The position numbers were made by a program, and so were the translations under genes. A stretch of 64,000 nucleotides of DNA from an uncultured Verrucomicrobiae bacterium (lineage in GTDB: Bacteria > Verrucomicrobiota > Verrucomicrobiia > Chthoniobacterales > UBA10450), in the NCBI GenBank assembly GCA_963772365.1, contig CAVYXA010000001.1:480001-544000 (forward strand). The letters are read 5' to 3'. Under the pieces are notes generated by a model. The model ran no database searches, had not been told where the DNA came from, and saw nothing but the letters and a program-made list of their open reading frames with translations. Shown one piece after another: positions 49,892 to 59,560 of this stretch; positions within the stretch are counted from its first letter, which is position 1; the number at the start of each line of letters is the position of its first letter.

Positions 49892-52581
49892 TAGCTAACC
49901 GTTGAGAAAGTTTTTCCCCCTCTTTCGACAATCAATTGGCGGAAACGTTGATTCTCTGGCAGTTCCAGATAAGGATCGATGGCGAAGATCGACATCGCTG
50001 CGCTCCGGGCTTTTCTCATGAGTTCCGCATCAGTTTTCAGGTTGCCGATCTTTAACGCCGGCAAACCGCTTTGGGCTGTGCCTAGCAAATCGCCCGGTCC
50101 GCGCAAGTCCCAGTCCGCTTCGGCCACTTCAAAACCGTTGCTGGTTTTTTCCAGCACGCCCAGCTTTTCCATTGTTTCCTCTGATTGATCCGAGGTTAAC
50201 AAAATGCAATACGATTTATGCTCGCCGCGGCCGATTCGACCCCGAAGTTGATGCAACTGGGCGAGCCCGAAACGCTCCGCGTTTTCCACAAGGATCACCG
50301 TAGCGTTTGGAACATCGACACCGACCTCGATTACGGTTGTGCTGATTAATGCGTGTGTTTCACCCCGGCGAAATCGCTCCATGATCTCCTGTTTCTCCGG
50401 GGCAACAATCCGGCCATGAAGCAATTCACAGCGAAACGGCTGCAATCGTTCCCGCCATGATTCATATTCCGCCGCGGCCGCTTTTGCGTCCAGCTTCTCG
50501 CTTTCTTCGATCAAAGGGTAAATCACGTAAAGTTGTCGCCCTGCTTCGAGCTGTTCTCGCAAAAAAGTCAAAATCTCAGGCAGTTTTAATCGGTCGCGAA
50601 TTGCCGTGACAATTTTTCCACGGTTCCGCGGCATTTCGTCGATCACCGAAACATCGAGATCGCCGTAAACCGTCATCGTTAATGTCCGCGGTATCGGCGT
50701 TGCCGTCATGACCAGGACATCCGGCGCCGGCTCCCGTTCCGTTAGTCGCGCCCGCTGCGCGACACCGAACTTGTGCTGTTCATCGATGACCACCAGCCCG
50801 AGATTCGAAAACACAACGCTTTCGTAAAGCAAAGCATGCGTGCCGACAATAATTTGCGGCTGGTCCACAGAAATCCGGGGAGCGCACGCTTGTAGCGTGC
50901 TGATCGCCGCATTCTGCGGCGACGAACTTTGATCCAGGCGCATCTCATCGTCAGGCGTCCAAACCCATGGATAATCTTCGCCTTGTCGAGCAACACCCGA
51001 ATCCCACGGATTCCGCAGGATGTACTGAAACTTCTCGACCAAATCACTGTCCGATCGAACGTAGCGATCGAACGTTTCTTTTTCCCAAACCGGACCCTGG
51101 TTTCCCTCCACTCGATTAATTTCGCGGGCGGAAAACGATTTTATTGACCTCATCAATTCGCTCAGCGACCAGAACGTCGTCTCGCCATCGATGGATTCGT
51201 CCTTCGGCCAGGGTTGAAATAGTGCGTGCACATGATCGGGCATGACACAGACGGCGAATAGTTCGTAACGCGAATTGTGAAAATGTCGCCACGCGTTCAG
51301 AACAAGCGTCCGCGCGTCCGCGTTCAATCTGCGTCGATGCCCAGTGGTGAAAGTAACTGCATAGATCGCCCACGGCTTTTCAAAATGTGGAAGACGCCTG
51401 CGCCCGTACCTCGCGCCGTCCGCTGATGGCCTCAAAGTTCGCGATGGCAGAATGCCATCACCAGCACGCTGCAAGCGTGCGCTCCCCGGCTCCCCGTGCG
51501 CAAACAACGGTAAGGGTCCGCTCTCCTCTTGGCGGGCAGCGGTCCGAAGCGCGATCCGGACGCCTAACGGTTCCAGCCAGCCCCGGAGCACGGAATAATG
51601 TTGCTCGGCCAGGATTTGTGTCGGCGCCATGAATGCGGCTTGATAGCCTGCTTCGATTGCAAGCAACATCGCTGCAATCGCGACTACGGTTTTGCCTGAA
51701 CCGACATCGCCCTGGAGCAGACGGTTCATGGGATGATTCGCAGCCAGATCATGCCGGATTTCCGCGATCACCTTTGATTGCGATCGCGTCAATTCGAATG
51801 GCAGCGCCCCAAGAAATTTCTCGAGAAGCACAGCGTTCCCACAATGCGCTTCGCCGGCTCGATTGGAAGATTCCGAGCGCCTTGCCGCGATCAGCATTTG
51901 CATGGCGAAGAATTCCGAGAGCACGAGATGCTCGCGCGCCTGGTCGCGCGCCTCCCAGGTTTGTGGAAAATGAATGGCTCGAAGCGAGGAAAGCCGGTCG
52001 CCCGTCGCGAGATTTTTCGGTAGTAACGTTTCCAGCGGCTGCTCGGAAAATTCGCTTAACAATTTGTAAATCATGCTGCGCAGGATTCGCTGCGAGAGAC
52101 CCTCCGTGGCGGGATAAATTGGAGTAATCCGTCGAAAATGGATCGACATCTCCGCGTCATCTTCGATTACCTCAAACTCCGGATGATCCATGCAAATCCG
52201 TTTCCCGCGCAGACGCGGCTTGCCGAAAACAACGAGCCGTTGCCCGGTCGCGATCATCTTCTGCACATAGTGGAGATTGAACCACCGGCAGACCAACGGT
52301 TCGCTTAGCACATGCGGATTCGATTCCTCAAGCGTGGCTTCGAAAATCTTTTTCCATCCGCCGAACCGGCGCAATGAAGTTTTGACGACCTCGCCGCAAA
52401 GACAAATGGGCCGGTCGCTTTCCTCACGCGGAAACTCATCGAACTGCTGTCGATCTTCCCAACGCCGCGGATAATGCGTGAGCAAATCTTCGACCGTCTC
52501 GATACCGAGCCGGCGAAGCGCCAGAAGCTTCGGACGCGCGATCCATTCGAGCGTTTCGAGTTTTTGTGAAATATCGATCAT
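49891..52581 (-). CDS. recG: ATP-dependent DNA helicase RecG with internal in-frame RAYT insertion
   Basis: QGDVGSGKT, APTQILAEQH, VGTHAL, DEQH, MTATPIPR, QLRGRIGR, LRGPGD motifs; about 205 extra residues between motifs Ia and Ib. Confidence 0.95.
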   Translation of the reverse strand: MIDISQKLETLEWIARPKLLALRRLGIETVEDLLTHYPRRWEDRQQFDEFPREESDRPICLCGEVVKTSLRRFGGWKKIFEATLEESNPHVLSEPLVCRWFNLHYVQKMIATGQRLVVFGKPRLRGKRICMDHPEFEVIEDDAEMSIHFRRITPIYPATEGLSQRILRSMIYKLLSEFSEQPLETLLPKNLATGDRLSSLRAIHFPQTWEARDQAREHLVLSEFFAMQMLIAARRSESSNRAGEAHCGNAVLLEKFLGALPFELTRSQSKVIAEIRHDLAANHPMNRLLQGDVGSGKTVVAIAAMLLAIEAGYQAAFMAPTQILAEQHYSVLRGWLEPLGVRIALRTAARQEESGPLPLFAHGEPGSARLQRAGDGILPSRTLRPSADGARYGRRRLPHFEKPWAIYAVTFTTGHRRRLNADARTLVLNAWRHFHNSRYELFAVCVMPDHVHALFQPWPKDESIDGETTFWSLSELMRSIKSFSAREINRVEGNQGPVWEKETFDRYVRSDSDLVEKFQYILRNPWDSGVARQGEDYPWVWTPDDEMRLDQSSSPQNAAISTLQACAPRISVDQPQIIVGTHALLYESVVFSNLGLVVIDEQHKFGVAQRARLTEREPAPDVLVMTATPIPRTLTMTVYGDLDVSVIDEMPRNRGKIVTAIRDRLKLPEILTFLREQLEAGRQLYVIYPLIEESEKLDAKAAAAEYESWRERLQPFRCELLHGRIVAPEKQEIMERFRRGETHALISTTVIEVGVDVPNATVILVENAERFGLAQLHQLRGRIGRGEHKSYCILLTSDQSEETMEKLGVLEKTSNGFEVAEADWDLRGPGDLLGTAQSGLPALKIGNLKTDAELMRKARSAAMSIFAIDPYLELPENQRFRQLIVERGGKTFSTVS
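50875..51489 (-). mobile_element. REP-flanked RAYT cassette inserted in frame in recG (615 bp)
   Basis: ~56-bp inverted double-hairpin repeats at 50875-50930 and 51434-51489; internal RRRLPH, YAVTF, MPDHVH, FDRYVR, YILRNP motifs. Confidence 0.92.
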
Positions 52582-52672
52582 CGACCAGTAGAACCCAACG
52601 GGCACCTACTACGAGCGCCCACGTGCGCACAAATTTCAGATTCGAATATCGTTTTCATCACTCGCGGTTCCC

Positions 52673-52790
52673 CGTCATGTCCGCCACGGCGGATTCGTCC
52701 GGTGGCGAATTGAGCGGAGCGAACCATCTCTCGCCATTATTCAACGCCCGAAGAAATGATTGAAGATTCTTCGCTCCGCTCAGAATGACA
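52673..52790. repeat. TGTCA-type repeat pair, left copy interrupted by two mini-hairpins
   Basis: CGTCATG[TCCGCCACGGCGGA TTCGTCCGGTGGCGAA]TTGAGCGGAGCGAACCATCTC ... AGATTCTTCGCTCCGCTCAGAATGACA. Confidence 0.7.
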
Positions 52791-52840
52791 TTCGGGCCCG
52801 CGATTTCTCTTTGCAAAGTTCAAGAGCCGAGCTTTGCCGG

Positions 52841-54601
52841 TCATGGTCGCTCTGCCTCGCGAACGGCTTCAATCTGCATTCCGAGGAGCGTTTCACCTTC
52901 GTAATCATCAGCTCGAACTCGAAATGCGATGTCCCATGGCGCGCCAGGCAGTTCTTCGCTGCCCCCGTCAAAGAAAATTGCGCGCCGATGATAATTATTC
53001 TGACGCAGCCGCAAAATGAGATGCTTTTCGTTTACCACTCGCGGCGGCGCCACCGGTTCGACCTGTCGGGCAAGAAACAGGGGCGCGGGATTTCCATTGC
53101 CGAACGGTTGGAGCATCTCGTGCCACTTAAGGAATCCCAGATTGAGCTCGGAAAATGCGAGCTCGTGGTCGAGGCGCAAATCCGCCGCGGCGGACAACTG
53201 TTCGTCAGACAACAACTCGCGCGCGGCACTTCGGAAAGCCTTAGAGAAAGGATCGACATCTTCCTCTCGAATCACCAGCCCGGCCGCCATTTCGTGTCCG
53301 CCGAATTTTTGCAAACTACCGCGGCACCGATCCAACGCTTCCACCAGGTTCAATCCTTCAATGCTCCGACCGCTTCCTTTGCCAGTGCCATTCTCCTCGA
53401 ACCCGATCACAACCGTTGGCCGATGATACTTTCGTGAAATCCGCGACGCCACAATTCCGAGCACGCCCGGATGCCAGCCGCGTCCGCTCACAACAATGCC
53501 CGCATCGCGCAACGGATCGAAATCACGCGTAATCTGCTCGTCCGCGGCTGCAAAGATTTCCTTTTCTACCGTTTGTCGGTCGCGATTTTCTTTATCCAGA
53601 AATTCCGCCAGCGAAGCGGCCTCACTTTCGTCCGCGGTCAGCAAAAGCCGGAGCGATCGCTCCGCGTTGCTCAATCTACCAGATGCGTTCAAGCGCGGAC
53701 CGAGTCGAAAGCCAATGTGCTCGGTCAGGATTGGCGGACGGATACCGCTGACCTCGATTAATTTTCTCAAGCCCGGTCTTGTCGATCTTGTGATCTCAAT
53801 CGCTCCGCGTTGGCCGAAAATTCTGTTCTCAGCTTGGAGTGGGACGATATCGGCGACTGTGCCAAGCGCAACGAGATCAAGTTTCGATTTCAGATCGAAC
53901 TCGATCGGGCGGGTCTTCAGAAGAGCATGGCAAAGCTTAAAGACGATCCCGACGCTGCACAGATAATGAAACGGTGATTCCGGATCGATCTTCGGATTTA
54001 CGATCGCGACGCAACTTGGCAGGCCCGATTTCGGTTCATGATGATCGAGAACGATCACATCGACGCAGCGCGTGGTAAGATCGACAATCTCCGAGGCTGA
54101 TGAAGTCCCGCAATCGACCGCAATCAGAAGTTGCGGCTGATATTGCTCGAAGCAACGCTCGATGCTTTCCGGGCTTAGCCCATAGCCCTCTTCCATTCGC
54201 AGCGGCAGAAATAGTTCCGGCGACGCGCCGTACGCCCGCAGCATCTCTGCCAGCAACGCCACAGAAGTAACGCCATCAACATCGTAATCGCCGAAGAGAA
54301 CAATTGGTTCGCCTCGGTCGATCGCACCCAGAATTCGCACGACCGCTGCGTCCATATTGGGAAGCAGAAATGGATCACTGAGCGACTTCAATCGTGGCCG
54401 CAGAAATGTTTCGACTTCCTCGGTGGTGGCGAACCCTTTGCGCATCAATAACCGCGCGATACAATCCGACGGACAGATTTCGCTCCACGAAACCGCTCCG
54501 CTATTCAGCTCTTCGGGCGGCGCAATAATCCAACGGCTCTGCCGCGTAAAAGACCCACGCGGACTTTCGCCGATCGAATTCTCCTCTACGCGGCTTTGCA
54601 C
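52841..54601 (-). CDS. recJ: Single-stranded DNA exonuclease RecJ
   Basis: GDYDVDG, DCG, DHH, GTVAD, PRLNA, GGHEMAAG, PFGNGN motifs. Confidence 0.96.
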   Translation of the reverse strand: MQSRVEENSIGESPRGSFTRQSRWIIAPPEELNSGAVSWSEICPSDCIARLLMRKGFATTEEVETFLRPRLKSLSDPFLLPNMDAAVVRILGAIDRGEPIVLFGDYDVDGVTSVALLAEMLRAYGASPELFLPLRMEEGYGLSPESIERCFEQYQPQLLIAVDCGTSSASEIVDLTTRCVDVIVLDHHEPKSGLPSCVAIVNPKIDPESPFHYLCSVGIVFKLCHALLKTRPIEFDLKSKLDLVALGTVADIVPLQAENRIFGQRGAIEITRSTRPGLRKLIEVSGIRPPILTEHIGFRLGPRLNASGRLSNAERSLRLLLTADESEAASLAEFLDKENRDRQTVEKEIFAAADEQITRDFDPLRDAGIVVSGRGWHPGVLGIVASRISRKYHRPTVVIGFEENGTGKGSGRSIEGLNLVEALDRCRGSLQKFGGHEMAAGLVIREEDVDPFSKAFRSAARELLSDEQLSAAADLRLDHELAFSELNLGFLKWHEMLQPFGNGNPAPLFLARQVEPVAPPRVVNEKHLILRLRQNNYHRRAIFFDGGSEELPGAPWDIAFRVRADDYEGETLLGMQIEAVREAERP

Positions 54602-54694
54602 CGATCACTCTATTCGCTTGCCATTCGCTGACAAGATCGATGGGAAGAGTGGAATCCGTCGTAAGTACTCTTACCCATAAAAAGGACCCAAGTG

Positions 54695-54767
54695 CTGTAG
54701 CGTCCGCTGTCACAGCGGATTCCCCTCGCTGGACCAGCTCAGTGCGCTGAGACAGCGCACGCTACAG
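54695..54767. repeat. GTAG-type REP doublet
   Basis: TGTAGCGTCCGCTGTCACAGCGGA ... TGCGCTGAGACAGCGCACGCTACA; same family at 60927-60990. Confidence 0.8.
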
Positions 54768-54829
54768 CCTAAGCTCGGTCCTCAGCGCAACCGAAGGCTT
54801 CAAAATGACAAGAGATTGGAAGGCTGCGT

Positions 54830-55519
54830 TTAGCCAATAATCCAGGTTAGTTCGCCCGCAGTCGGATTCACCCGGGAGGCGGGAAATTGCGGATCGCCTT
54901 GCAACACTTTCTCGATCAACTCGGAATTTTTCGCAGCGTTAACGAGAAAACAAATATGACGCGCCTGATTGATCAGCGGAAAAGTGAAGGTCAATCGCCA
55001 CACGTTAAGCTTCGGGACAAAATTTGCCACCACGCGCCGAGCCACCTCTTCGAGTGCGGCTGTTTCGGGAAACAGCGATGCCGTGTGACCATCATCACCG
55101 AGTCCGAGCAAGATCAGATCGTGGCGATAAATTGGCTCGCCCCGTTGTGTAGCCAGAAGATCGACATGGTCCTGGTAATCTTCCGCCGCGATTCCCGGAT
55201 CAAGTTCCCCGCGCATACGCACGATCGATTTCTCGGGAATATCGTCCGGGACAAAAAGCGTCTCGCGCGCCATTCGATAATTGCTTTGTGGATCGTCAGG
55301 CGGAACACAGCGCTCGTCTCCGAAAGTGAACAGAGTTCTTTCCCACGGAAAATCGGTGGCCAACCTCGCAATCTCTGCATAAACCGGCCGCGGAGTGTTC
55401 CCGCCGGAAAGTCCGATCCGGAATTCATTTCGCTCGCCCATCGCCCTGTGCGCCTGTTCGATGATGAAAGTGGCAGCGTCAGCCACGAAATTTTTGGTCC
55501 GAATAATCTCGCCAGCCAT
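54830..55519 (-). CDS. pgl: 6-phosphogluconolactonase
   Basis: LSGGNTP, GDERCVP, SNY, LGLGDDGHTASLFP motifs. Confidence 0.95.
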   Translation of the reverse strand: MAGEIIRTKNFVADAATFIIEQAHRAMGERNEFRIGLSGGNTPRPVYAEIARLATDFPWERTLFTFGDERCVPPDDPQSNYRMARETLFVPDDIPEKSIVRMRGELDPGIAAEDYQDHVDLLATQRGEPIYRHDLILLGLGDDGHTASLFPETAALEEVARRVVANFVPKLNVWRLTFTFPLINQARHICFLVNAAKNSELIEKVLQGDPQFPASRVNPTAGELTWIIG

Positions 55520-55585
55520 TAGGCGTTTAAATTCGGGCAAACAAGAATTTCCGTCTAGTCCTCAGTATTGCGTCGTGAATAAATA

Positions 55586-55619
55586 AAAAGAAGGCACCGG
55601 GTTTGCGCCCGGTGCCTCC
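55586..55619 (-). terminator. Rho-independent terminator
   Basis: AGGCACCGGG...CCCGGTGCCT hairpin followed by TCTTTTT on the minus strand. Confidence 0.7.
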
Positions 55620-55639
55620 AACACATTCGATTTCTGTAA

Positions 55640-56356
55640 TTAGGCCTTTTTGATTCGCCGTCTAAAGAGTCCCACGCCGGTCAAAGCTATCCCTAAGAGC
55701 ATCACAGTTGTTCCGCCGTCTGGGGTTGCCAGAGGGCTGGCATCGAGAGCGATATTGTCGAAATTCGCTTGCCCCAGGAAATCCGGCCTAAGCGACCCCA
55801 GCCTGATAACTATATTCTGGCCCAAGTCGGTGCCGACGTCAGTGAACGTCAGCGTCCAAGCACCAAAAGTCCCCTGAGTTGGTTCGGGAATCGTGTAGGT
55901 TGCGAGGACATCCCCGTTTGCCGCTTCCAGTTGGGCGTAAGCTGGCGCACCATTACCGAAATCCAATCGCCAACCCAGCGCGCCGGTTAGTGTGTAAGTA
56001 GTATTGGCAGCAAGTGTCGCCGTCAATGTTTGATAAATCGATCCGGTTCCATTCATGTACGCCACGTTAACGCCATCAGCTGGGGCGGGAAGGGTCCCGG
56101 GACTACCGGTTGTTCCTGCATACTGTGCGTTTCGTGGATTGAACGTGCCCCAGCCATCCGTTGTAGAATGGGACCAGCCGATTATGTCGCTGATGGCAGC
56201 GCCGTCCGCCAGCACGTTGGCCTCGAAACTGGCATTAACAATTGCGACAGGTACTGCCCCTGCCTTTTGCGGGCCGAGCAAAAAAGCAGCAGCCAGCATA
56301 CATACCAGGGCTAGCGGGGAGCCCCCACTACAGATCAATCGATTAGTTGTTTTCAT
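55640..56356 (-). CDS. Secreted protein with VPDSG-CTERM-like tail
   Basis: Signal peptide; NASFE...FDNI CBM-like body; TPDGGTT, TM helix and RRRIKK tail. Confidence 0.85.
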   Translation of the reverse strand: MKTTNRLICSGGSPLALVCMLAAAFLLGPQKAGAVPVAIVNASFEANVLADGAAISDIIGWSHSTTDGWGTFNPRNAQYAGTTGSPGTLPAPADGVNVAYMNGTGSIYQTLTATLAANTTYTLTGALGWRLDFGNGAPAYAQLEAANGDVLATYTIPEPTQGTFGAWTLTFTDVGTDLGQNIVIRLGSLRPDFLGQANFDNIALDASPLATPDGGTTVMLLGIALTGVGLFRRRIKKA

Positions 56357-56386
56357 AGCTTAGTTCCAGTCTTACAGAAAATTAAA

Positions 56387-56530
56387 AGCAAAGCATATAC
56401 CAATTGGTTTTTTTGCTTTAACCGTACAACCTGAATTGGTTTGCGATCATGCACTTACGGACAAAGAAATTTTTGCCGTTCAAAAAATAGCGTCCCTATT
56501 TTCGGAGGAAAATTGTAAAAATACCCGACG
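56387..56530 (-). promoter_or_regulatory. Sigma54 promoter plus upstream enhancer-like box
   Basis: Minus strand TGGTAT-N5-TTGCT (56387-56402); CGTCGGGTATTTTTACA (56514-56530). Confidence 0.65.
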
Positions 56531-56625
56531 TTTTTTGGCGATCTGCGTTTAAACCTTACCCGTTTTATCGGGACGCTTATCGCGTTACCACGTGGGTTCG
56601 ATAGCTGTTCGGCGACCACTAAATC

Positions 56626-57099
56626 TCAGATCGCGCAATGGGTCTGGCCGTGTTTCTCCAGATAACGTTGATGATATTCCTCGGCCGGCCAGAATTTCTG
56701 AGCCGGTTCGATTTGGGTCACGATCGGACGTTTGAACCGGCCACTGTTGTCCATTTTTTCCTTCGAAGCTCCAGCGGCGGCTTTCTGTTCGGGCGAATGA
56801 TAAAAAACCACTGACCTATATTGCGTGCCCATATCCGGGCCCTGGCGATTCAACGTTGTTGGATTGTGGTTCGACCAAAAAACATCGAGCAACTGGTCAT
56901 ACGTGACCTGTGATGGATCGAATTCCACTTCCACGACTTCGGCATGTCCCGTCTTATCCGTGCATACGTCCTGATAGGTCGGATCCTCCTTTGTCCCGCC
57001 GGCGTAACCGACTGTTGCATTGGTCACGCCTTTGACCTGTCGAAATATTGCTTCTACGCCCCAGAAACATCCTGCACCGAACGTCGCTTTTTCTGTCAT
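56626..57099 (-). CDS. msrA: Peptide methionine sulfoxide reductase A
   Basis: [30 protein letters not shown] motifs. Confidence 0.97.
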   Translation of the reverse strand: MTEKATFGAGCFWGVEAIFRQVKGVTNATVGYAGGTKEDPTYQDVCTDKTGHAEVVEVEFDPSQVTYDQLLDVFWSNHNPTTLNRQGPDMGTQYRSVVFYHSPEQKAAAGASKEKMDNSGRFKRPIVTQIEPAQKFWPAEEYHQRYLEKHGQTHCAI

Positions 57100-57147
57100 G
57101 ACATGATCATCCGGCGGAAATCTTTTTCGCGCAAGGAAACCATCGCT

Positions 57148-57271
57148 TGTAGCGGATGTCGGGCAGCTTGGCTGACTCGGCCGCCAGACTGCTAGCCTGG
57201 CGAAACGGATGCAGGCTAGCAGCCTGCTCGCCGAGTCAGGCTGGCAGCCTGACATCCGATGGCCCGCTACA
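57148..57271. repeat. Composite GTAG-bounded REP element
   Basis: TGTAGCGG...CCGCTACA termini enclosing inverted hairpin pairs. Confidence 0.75.
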
Positions 57272-57280
57272 GGTTTTGAG

Positions 57281-57931
57281 TCAACGCGTGACAACGAATT
57301 GTCGATCCGGCGCTTCCTTTTCGTTCAGGATCGACATCTTCTTCACCCACATCAATTCGCATGCGCCGTTTCCAGAATCGGTGCGAGTGAGGGAACTTTT
57401 CCATGCATTGATATTGGGGCCGCTGGCTTCTACCAGGTCGCCGTCGAGCCGGACCAGCGACCCGACGCGCAGCCATTTGCAACGCCGCGCAATCTGCGAA
57501 GTGGAAGGAATGATGTGAATGTTTGTGCTGTGCGAAATAATTTCGTCCTTGGGAATCGGTGGCTGCCGTGGCCAATGGTACCAGTAGAAGCGTCCGCTCT
57601 GCGTAATGGACAACTGATCCAAAACCCGCTGGTCCGACATCGATCCCCAGCCGAGGGCAAGATCGACAGGGACCAGCGCCGATTCTTTGTCGAAATGATA
57701 AACCTTTCGGTGCAACACACGCGCTTCGATCGAAAAAACCGCCAGCGGTTTGAGTCGAAAACGGCCATGCTGAAATGCACGGGTATCTGCCGGGAGATTA
57801 ATTTGACTCGGATCGGTCTTGATCAATACGCCGGGCGGATAAGCGAGTGGTCGCAAGAAATTCCAGTAGCCGCCGGCTGCGATGATTAAGAACAGAACGA
57901 CACCGATTGATTTGCCAAACCTCACTCGCAC
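57281..57931 (-). CDS. Hypothetical protein with N-terminal membrane anchor
   Basis: 216 aa; [23 protein letters not shown] conserved-looking motifs. Confidence 0.8.
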   Translation of the reverse strand: MRVRFGKSIGVVLFLIIAAGGYWNFLRPLAYPPGVLIKTDPSQINLPADTRAFQHGRFRLKPLAVFSIEARVLHRKVYHFDKESALVPVDLALGWGSMSDQRVLDQLSITQSGRFYWYHWPRQPPIPKDEIISHSTNIHIIPSTSQIARRCKWLRVGSLVRLDGDLVEASGPNINAWKSSLTRTDSGNGACELMWVKKMSILNEKEAPDRQFVVTR

Positions 57932-58022
57932 AACAGGAGCAGTTTCGGTGCGCGCTCACTTTTCGTCGCGCTGTTTCTTGATTTTCTTCGCTTGATCTGC
58001 TGCGATGATCATGGCGCGCCAC

Positions 58023-58337
58023 ATGAAATTTCAGTGTAGCCGTGTAATTCCAGCGGATCATCCCAGTTTACCCGGGCATTTCCCCCGGCACCCGATCGTT
58101 CCGGGTGTAGTAATTCTCGATGAAGTATTTGCCGCTTTGCGCGATTGGCAGGAATCAATTTCAGTGAAGACGATTCCCTCAGTGAAGTTTCTGGTTCCCC
58201 TCAAACCGGAGCAACCTTTCACAATCAGCTTTTGCGAAATGGATCATAACCAGATTAGCTTTTCCTGTCGTGTGGAGAGTCAGGTAGTGGTTCAAGGCCA
58301 GATAGGAATTGATCGCAAGGCCGGCTCAAATTCATGA
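58023..58337 (+). CDS. FabZ/ApeI-like hotdog dehydratase
   Basis: HPSLPGHFPRHPIVPGV, VKFLVPLKP motifs. Confidence 0.85.
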   Translation: MKFQCSRVIPADHPSLPGHFPRHPIVPGVVILDEVFAALRDWQESISVKTIPSVKFLVPLKPEQPFTISFCEMDHNQISFSCRVESQVVVQGQIGIDRKAGSNS

Positions 58338-59560
58338 ATACATCGACATCGGAACCGCTTCTCTTCAAGTTCGCAGAGCGCGATCCACGTCTGGCGGAGT
58401 GGCTCAAAGCTTATCCGGTCTCGGTTTTTAGCGAGCATTCCTACCAGAGCATCGAACTCATGGAGCGATACAGTATCGAGCTCGCTGGCAGATTACTGGA
58501 CGAGCTCGGCTTGATCAGTCTGCTCCAAGACTGGAGGTCGCCCGAGGAGCTTTGCCAGGTGCGATCGTTTCAGCCTGGGTTTCGTTTCGCTTTGAATTGG
58601 ATTTTGCGCCGGCTGGATAAAACCGGCTGTCTCGAGATGCGTCACGACGGCGAGACTCCGCGTTATCATCTGCGAGGCGCACCCAAGCTGGCCGGCATAG
58701 ATCAGCTGCGGGCGATGGGCATTAGCATCAATCCTGCGAACGTGGCCACGTTAGATCTGCTTGATCACGCGGCGAATCTTTATCCCGCTGTAGCACGAGG
58801 TGAACAGAGCGGTGAGGCAGCATTGTTCGATTCTCATGGAATCGGGTTATGGCTGAATTACTTCAGCAATGACAATCTCACCTACGCTGTGAATAATTGG
58901 GTGGGAGGAGTAGTCGCGGCAAACCGGCTTTCTGATCGAACCCGCTTGCGAATTCTGGAATTGGGCGCGGGCGCCGGAAGCGGCACCGAAATCCTGCTCC
59001 ATTGCCTTGAGGAACGTGGACTTCTCCGTCACATAGAACGTTATGTTGTCACCGAGCCGAATGCGTTTTTTCGCCGGCGCGCTCAACGTGAAGTAAGTCG
59101 CCATTATCCCAATGTCCCAATGGAATGGAGGGCGCTGGACATCAACCTGTCTTGGGAAAACCAGGAGATCGCTCGAAACTCATTCGATCTGGTTTACGGA
59201 GTGAACGTGCTCCACGTCTCGAAAAACTTGGCTTTTACGCTTAACCAGGCGCGATCATCCTTGGCAGATCACGGCTGGTTAGTCATGGGGGAATGTTTGC
59301 GGCCATTTGCAGATCAGGCGATTTATCCCGAGCTGATGTTTCAGATTCTGGAGAGTTTTACCGACGTCGAGCTCGATCCTGAGGTTCGCCCGAACCCGGG
59401 TTTTCTTACTGCGGAGCAATGGCGTCGGGCGTTTGTGCATGCCGGTATCCAGCGAGTCGAAGTCGCTCCGGATGTCGAAAAGATTCACCGAGTCTATCCG
59501 CATTTTTTCACCGGAGCCATCTGTGGACAAGACAGCGCCAGCGGAAATCTCTTCGGTTAA
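58334..59560 (+). CDS. Stand-alone PKS-type SAM methyltransferase
   Basis: RILELGAGAGSGT, LDIN, FDLVYGVNVLH, GFLTAEQW motifs. Confidence 0.85.
   Translation: MNTSTSEPLLFKFAERDPRLAEWLKAYPVSVFSEHSYQSIELMERYSIELAGRLLDELGLISLLQDWRSPEELCQVRSFQPGFRFALNWILRRLDKTGCLEMRHDGETPRYHLRGAPKLAGIDQLRAMGISINPANVATLDLLDHAANLYPAVARGEQSGEAALFDSHGIGLWLNYFSNDNLTYAVNNWVGGVVAANRLSDRTRLRILELGAGAGSGTEILLHCLEERGLLRHIERYVVTEPNAFFRRRAQREVSRHYPNVPMEWRALDINLSWENQEIARNSFDLVYGVNVLHVSKNLAFTLNQARSSLADHGWLVMGECLRPFADQAIYPELMFQILESFTDVELDPEVRPNPGFLTAEQWRRAFVHAGIQRVEVAPDVEKIHRVYPHFFTGAICGQDSASGNLFG

Noticed and set aside
50875..51489. Intein in RecG
   Set aside because: No intein splice-junction signature (terminal His-Asn before Cys/Ser/Thr) and no Hint-domain blocks seen; the insert is a HUH transposase bounded by DNA hairpins
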